Shown: piece after piece, positions 61,586 through 64,000 of the stretch
How positions within the stretch are numbered: position 1 is the stretch's first letter
How the letters are laid out: each line of letters begins with the position of its first letter
Source of the DNA: an uncultured Methanobrevibacter sp.
Lineage (GTDB): Archaea > Methanobacteriota > Methanobacteria > Methanobacteriales > Methanobacteriaceae
DNA: 64,000 nt
Direction of reading: 5' to 3'
Assembly: GCF_900314615.1 (NCBI RefSeq)
Contig: NZ_OMWA01000011.1
Coordinates: 9,770 to 73,769, forward strand
Notes under the pieces: model-generated
Told to the model about the DNA's origin: nothing
The model's input: only the letters and a program-made list of their open reading frames with translations
Database searches by the model: none
Position numbers and translations under genes: made by a program

Positions 61586-61962
61586 TCTTTTTTTTAAATT
61601 CGTATTCACTTCTTATTTTATAAAAAAATTGTTCTATGTTTGTCGATTTATTAGATAATTTGCGAACGATTATTGATGTGCTTGAAATTGTTTTGGAATT
61701 GGTAATTGTCTAAAATAACATTCAAATAGTTATTTGTTTTTAAATTTAGGCATAACTAAATATAACTACTTTTTTTAGGTAAAACAAAGTTTAAATCAGT
61801 TACTTTTATATATAACTTCTTTACAATTATAATTAAGAAATATAAAATCATAGTGATTTTAATTAAATATTTTGTCGCCATTTTTTCCTGAGAGGGAATA
61901 ATCTATTCTGGGCTTAGATTATTCTCTGCAGGGTAGACTAAAACAAGTACTTTTTTTTAAAA

Positions 61963-62241
61963 TTAATCATTATAATCTTTTTCTACTTTGTCCAAGTAAT
62001 ATTTACCTTTCTCGGTAATGCTGTAGAATCTGTAACGTTTATCTTCCTCGTTAAGGCATTCTACAAGTTCAACATCCTTGAGGGTTTTTAGATATTTTGA
62101 AACGTGGTTGCTGTTGTCATCAATGTCTTTGCTTATTCTTGATGGTATCTTATCTTCACGTTCAAGTGATTTGAGCACTTTGATTCTTTTTTTGGACCTT
62201 GCAAGTAGAGATATTATGCTCATATCGTCCTTTTTATTCAT
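61963..62241 (-). CDS. Winged-helix transcriptional regulator
   Basis: RIKVLKSL..PSRISK..SNHVSKYLKTLKD..LVEC..RFYSITEKG. Confidence 0.85.
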   Translation of the reverse strand: MNKKDDMSIISLLARSKKRIKVLKSLEREDKIPSRISKDIDDNSNHVSKYLKTLKDVELVECLNEEDKRYRFYSITEKGKYYLDKVEKDYND

Positions 62242-62358
62242 GTTTTTAAGTTTGATTTAAACTTTTTAGTAGATATCTATACGCTATTAGCATGCTAATA
62301 GCAATACTTATATGTTGTGTGTAATATATTTATTATTACCGAATTGTGGTGTTTTGCT

Positions 62359-62856
62359 ATGAACAAAAAGATTTTAGTCGCAATTATAATTCTTGCCATT
62401 GCTTTGATTGTGTTTGTATTTCCTGTGAACCTCTTTGCTCAGGATTTTGACGGACATTTCACCATGAATGTTCCGGTGGGAAAACAGTATCGTGATATAT
62501 CATATTGTCTTCCAAACGGAGGATTAGGTTCTGAAGCCGAATATTGGGAAGTTAATGCAGGCTGTGATATAGAAGAGGGAGATATAGTGGTCTATTATTA
62601 TAATAACTCTCTTTTGGCTGAAGGGGAGTCAAATGCATGGCAGCATGCTCTCAATGGACTTACAACATCTTATCTATATCAAAGGGCTTCAAATGATGGC
62701 AATCTGGTTGTCCTGACCAATGATATTGATATGAAAAAAATGCCTCCATATTTGGTGGGAAAATCAAATGAAGATGGCAGTGAAGCTGTTTTTGTTGGTG
62801 GCAAAAACCTTGATGATGTTAAAAGGTATGCAAACACCATTGAATTTTTAAATTAG
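62359..62856 (+). CDS. Hypothetical secreted/membrane-anchored protein
   Basis: MNKKILVAIIILAIAL signal-like N-terminus; start moved to ATG 62359. Confidence 0.65.
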   Translation: MNKKILVAIIILAIALIVFVFPVNLFAQDFDGHFTMNVPVGKQYRDISYCLPNGGLGSEAEYWEVNAGCDIEEGDIVVYYYNNSLLAEGESNAWQHALNGLTTSYLYQRASNDGNLVVLTNDIDMKKMPPYLVGKSNEDGSEAVFVGGKNLDDVKRYANTIEFLN

Positions 62857-62864
62857 GTGGGAAA

Positions 62865-63410
62865 ATGTTAGTGCGTAATTTAGACTTTTTATCAATCCCG
62901 AAAGAATTTTCAAAAGTTGAAGTTGAAATTCATGATAAGCAATCCATTTCATTGGTTTACATTGAAAATAAAGGTTATTCTCTTGTTTTAAAAGATGACA
63001 ATAAAATTGATTCAGTCTTTTTGCTTAAAACTGATATTCTTCCAAACAATGTCAATGATCATCATGACAGGGAAGATTTCATAAATATCATTAAAATGTT
63101 GCTTGACAAGATTTATTCCGTTGCTGATATCAAGGAATACGAAAAGCAACACCAGGAACATGTATTTTTAAGGTTAATGGACATGCTGACTGACGGGGAC
63201 GCTGTTGATGTGATTACAGAAGAAAATTCAGACATATATTCAGATATTGAAAAAGGATTCATGAAGCTTGAAATTGATATTCTTGAAAACAAAATCAATG
63301 CTTTGAATTCATCTCTTTCAGACATGTCAAGCAATTTGCAGAATACTGTAAATGAAATTGAAGAAAATACATGGGGAAATAAGATTAGAAAAACAATCAA
63401 TCAGCAGTAG
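62865..63410 (+). CDS. Hypothetical protein with C-terminal coiled coil
   Basis: 181-aa ORF, SD ggtgg; co-oriented with neighbours. Confidence 0.7.
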   Translation: MLVRNLDFLSIPKEFSKVEVEIHDKQSISLVYIENKGYSLVLKDDNKIDSVFLLKTDILPNNVNDHHDREDFINIIKMLLDKIYSVADIKEYEKQHQEHVFLRLMDMLTDGDAVDVITEENSDIYSDIEKGFMKLEIDILENKINALNSSLSDMSSNLQNTVNEIEENTWGNKIRKTINQQ

Positions 63411-63418
63411 GTGATTTA

Positions 63419-64000
63419 ATGGTTAGATGCAGCAAATGCGGATCTGAAGTTACAGGTTCAGATTTTTGCTTTAATTGCGGAGAAAAAGTTGAAAAAGCAG
63501 AAGCAGATTCCGGAATCTGTCCTAAATGCGGAACTCAAAATAATAAAAACACAAACTTCTGCGTCGGATGCGGATACAGGTTGAATAATGAAAAAACAAT
63601 GTCATTCAGCCAGCAGGAGTGGACTGCAAGGCGTGATGAAATCCTTGACAGGTATGATAAGCTTGCTGAGGAATTCGGAATTAAAGGTGAAGACTACTTT
63701 TTAACAAGTGTGAGAAGATTCAATAAGCTGGAACAGGGCACATCAAAACATAAGACTATAAATGCCCTTTTTACAGACAGATACTTATTTGACTCAGCAG
63801 GAATTCCATTTTTGAATGTTTCAAAAATATTTGGAAACGAAACAATAATTGACGGATTTTTCATGATTAAAGAGGACAAGTTCGTTTTCATGGAAATCGA
63901 CAACAGGGACTGGGAAAAAGTCAATGCAGGTATAAACAACTTCTATTTTGACAAGATTGTTTCAATGAGAGTTACATTAGGTTTAGGTGATGAAAGCAGA
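63419..64000 (+). CDS. Double zinc-ribbon protein (partial, runs off window)
   Basis: SD aggtga; CSKCG, CFNCG, CPKCG, CVGCG; frame open to the end of the window. Confidence 0.8.
   Translation, partial: MVRCSKCGSEVTGSDFCFNCGEKVEKAEADSGICPKCGTQNNKNTNFCVGCGYRLNNEKTMSFSQQEWTARRDEILDRYDKLAEEFGIKGEDYFLTSVRRFNKLEQGTSKHKTINALFTDRYLFDSAGIPFLNVSKIFGNETIIDGFFMIKEDKFVFMEIDNRDWEKVNAGINNFYFDKIVSMRVTLGLGDESR

Noticed and set aside
35632-63939. Numerous antisense or overlapping short ORFs in the track (e.g. 44739-45407, 46249-46710, 52550-53074, 59067-59513, 63694-63939)
   Set aside because: Shadow frames of well-supported genes on the opposite strand or in another frame.
1-64000. tRNA, rRNA, integrase or provirus
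   Set aside because: No cloverleaf or T-loop signatures, rRNA sequence, tyrosine/serine recombinase or viral structural genes were recognised by eye; tRNAscan-SE would be the decisive check for tRNAs.

Overview
64 kb of a methanogenic archaeon, most likely a Methanobrevibacter (mtrA, cfbE, eIF5A, pdaD, NAD kinase/NADP phosphatase). About 2-35 kb is a largely AT-rich, mosaic accessory and defence region built into a surface-glycan locus. It has three galU copies (two decayed, one intact) interleaved with cargo: KTSC plus a DUF6119-like gene, a Panacea-PIN toxin-antitoxin pair, three unrelated HEPN proteins, DUF4238, a PD-(D/E)xK nuclease, two KAP NTPases, an OLD-type ATPase-TOPRIM nuclease, an intact and a decayed IS5-family element and a UvrD remnant. 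It ends with small hydrophobic ORFs, a fic gene bracketed by 143-bp direct repeats, and an Rpn-like nuclease followed by two extra tandem, mosaic copies of its own C-terminal module, each with a ribosome-binding site and ATG. The Rpn cassette array is the most unusual structure here. About 35-64 kb is mostly housekeeping with bacterial-like acquisitions (bacterial-type metK, a LicC-kinase/TarI/TagF cell-surface cluster), a motif-degenerate HsdM with a half-size HsdS, and a HIRAN-ARPP-1 pair. No rRNA, tRNA, CRISPR array or integrase was recognised. All family calls come from motif recognition by eye, not database searches.
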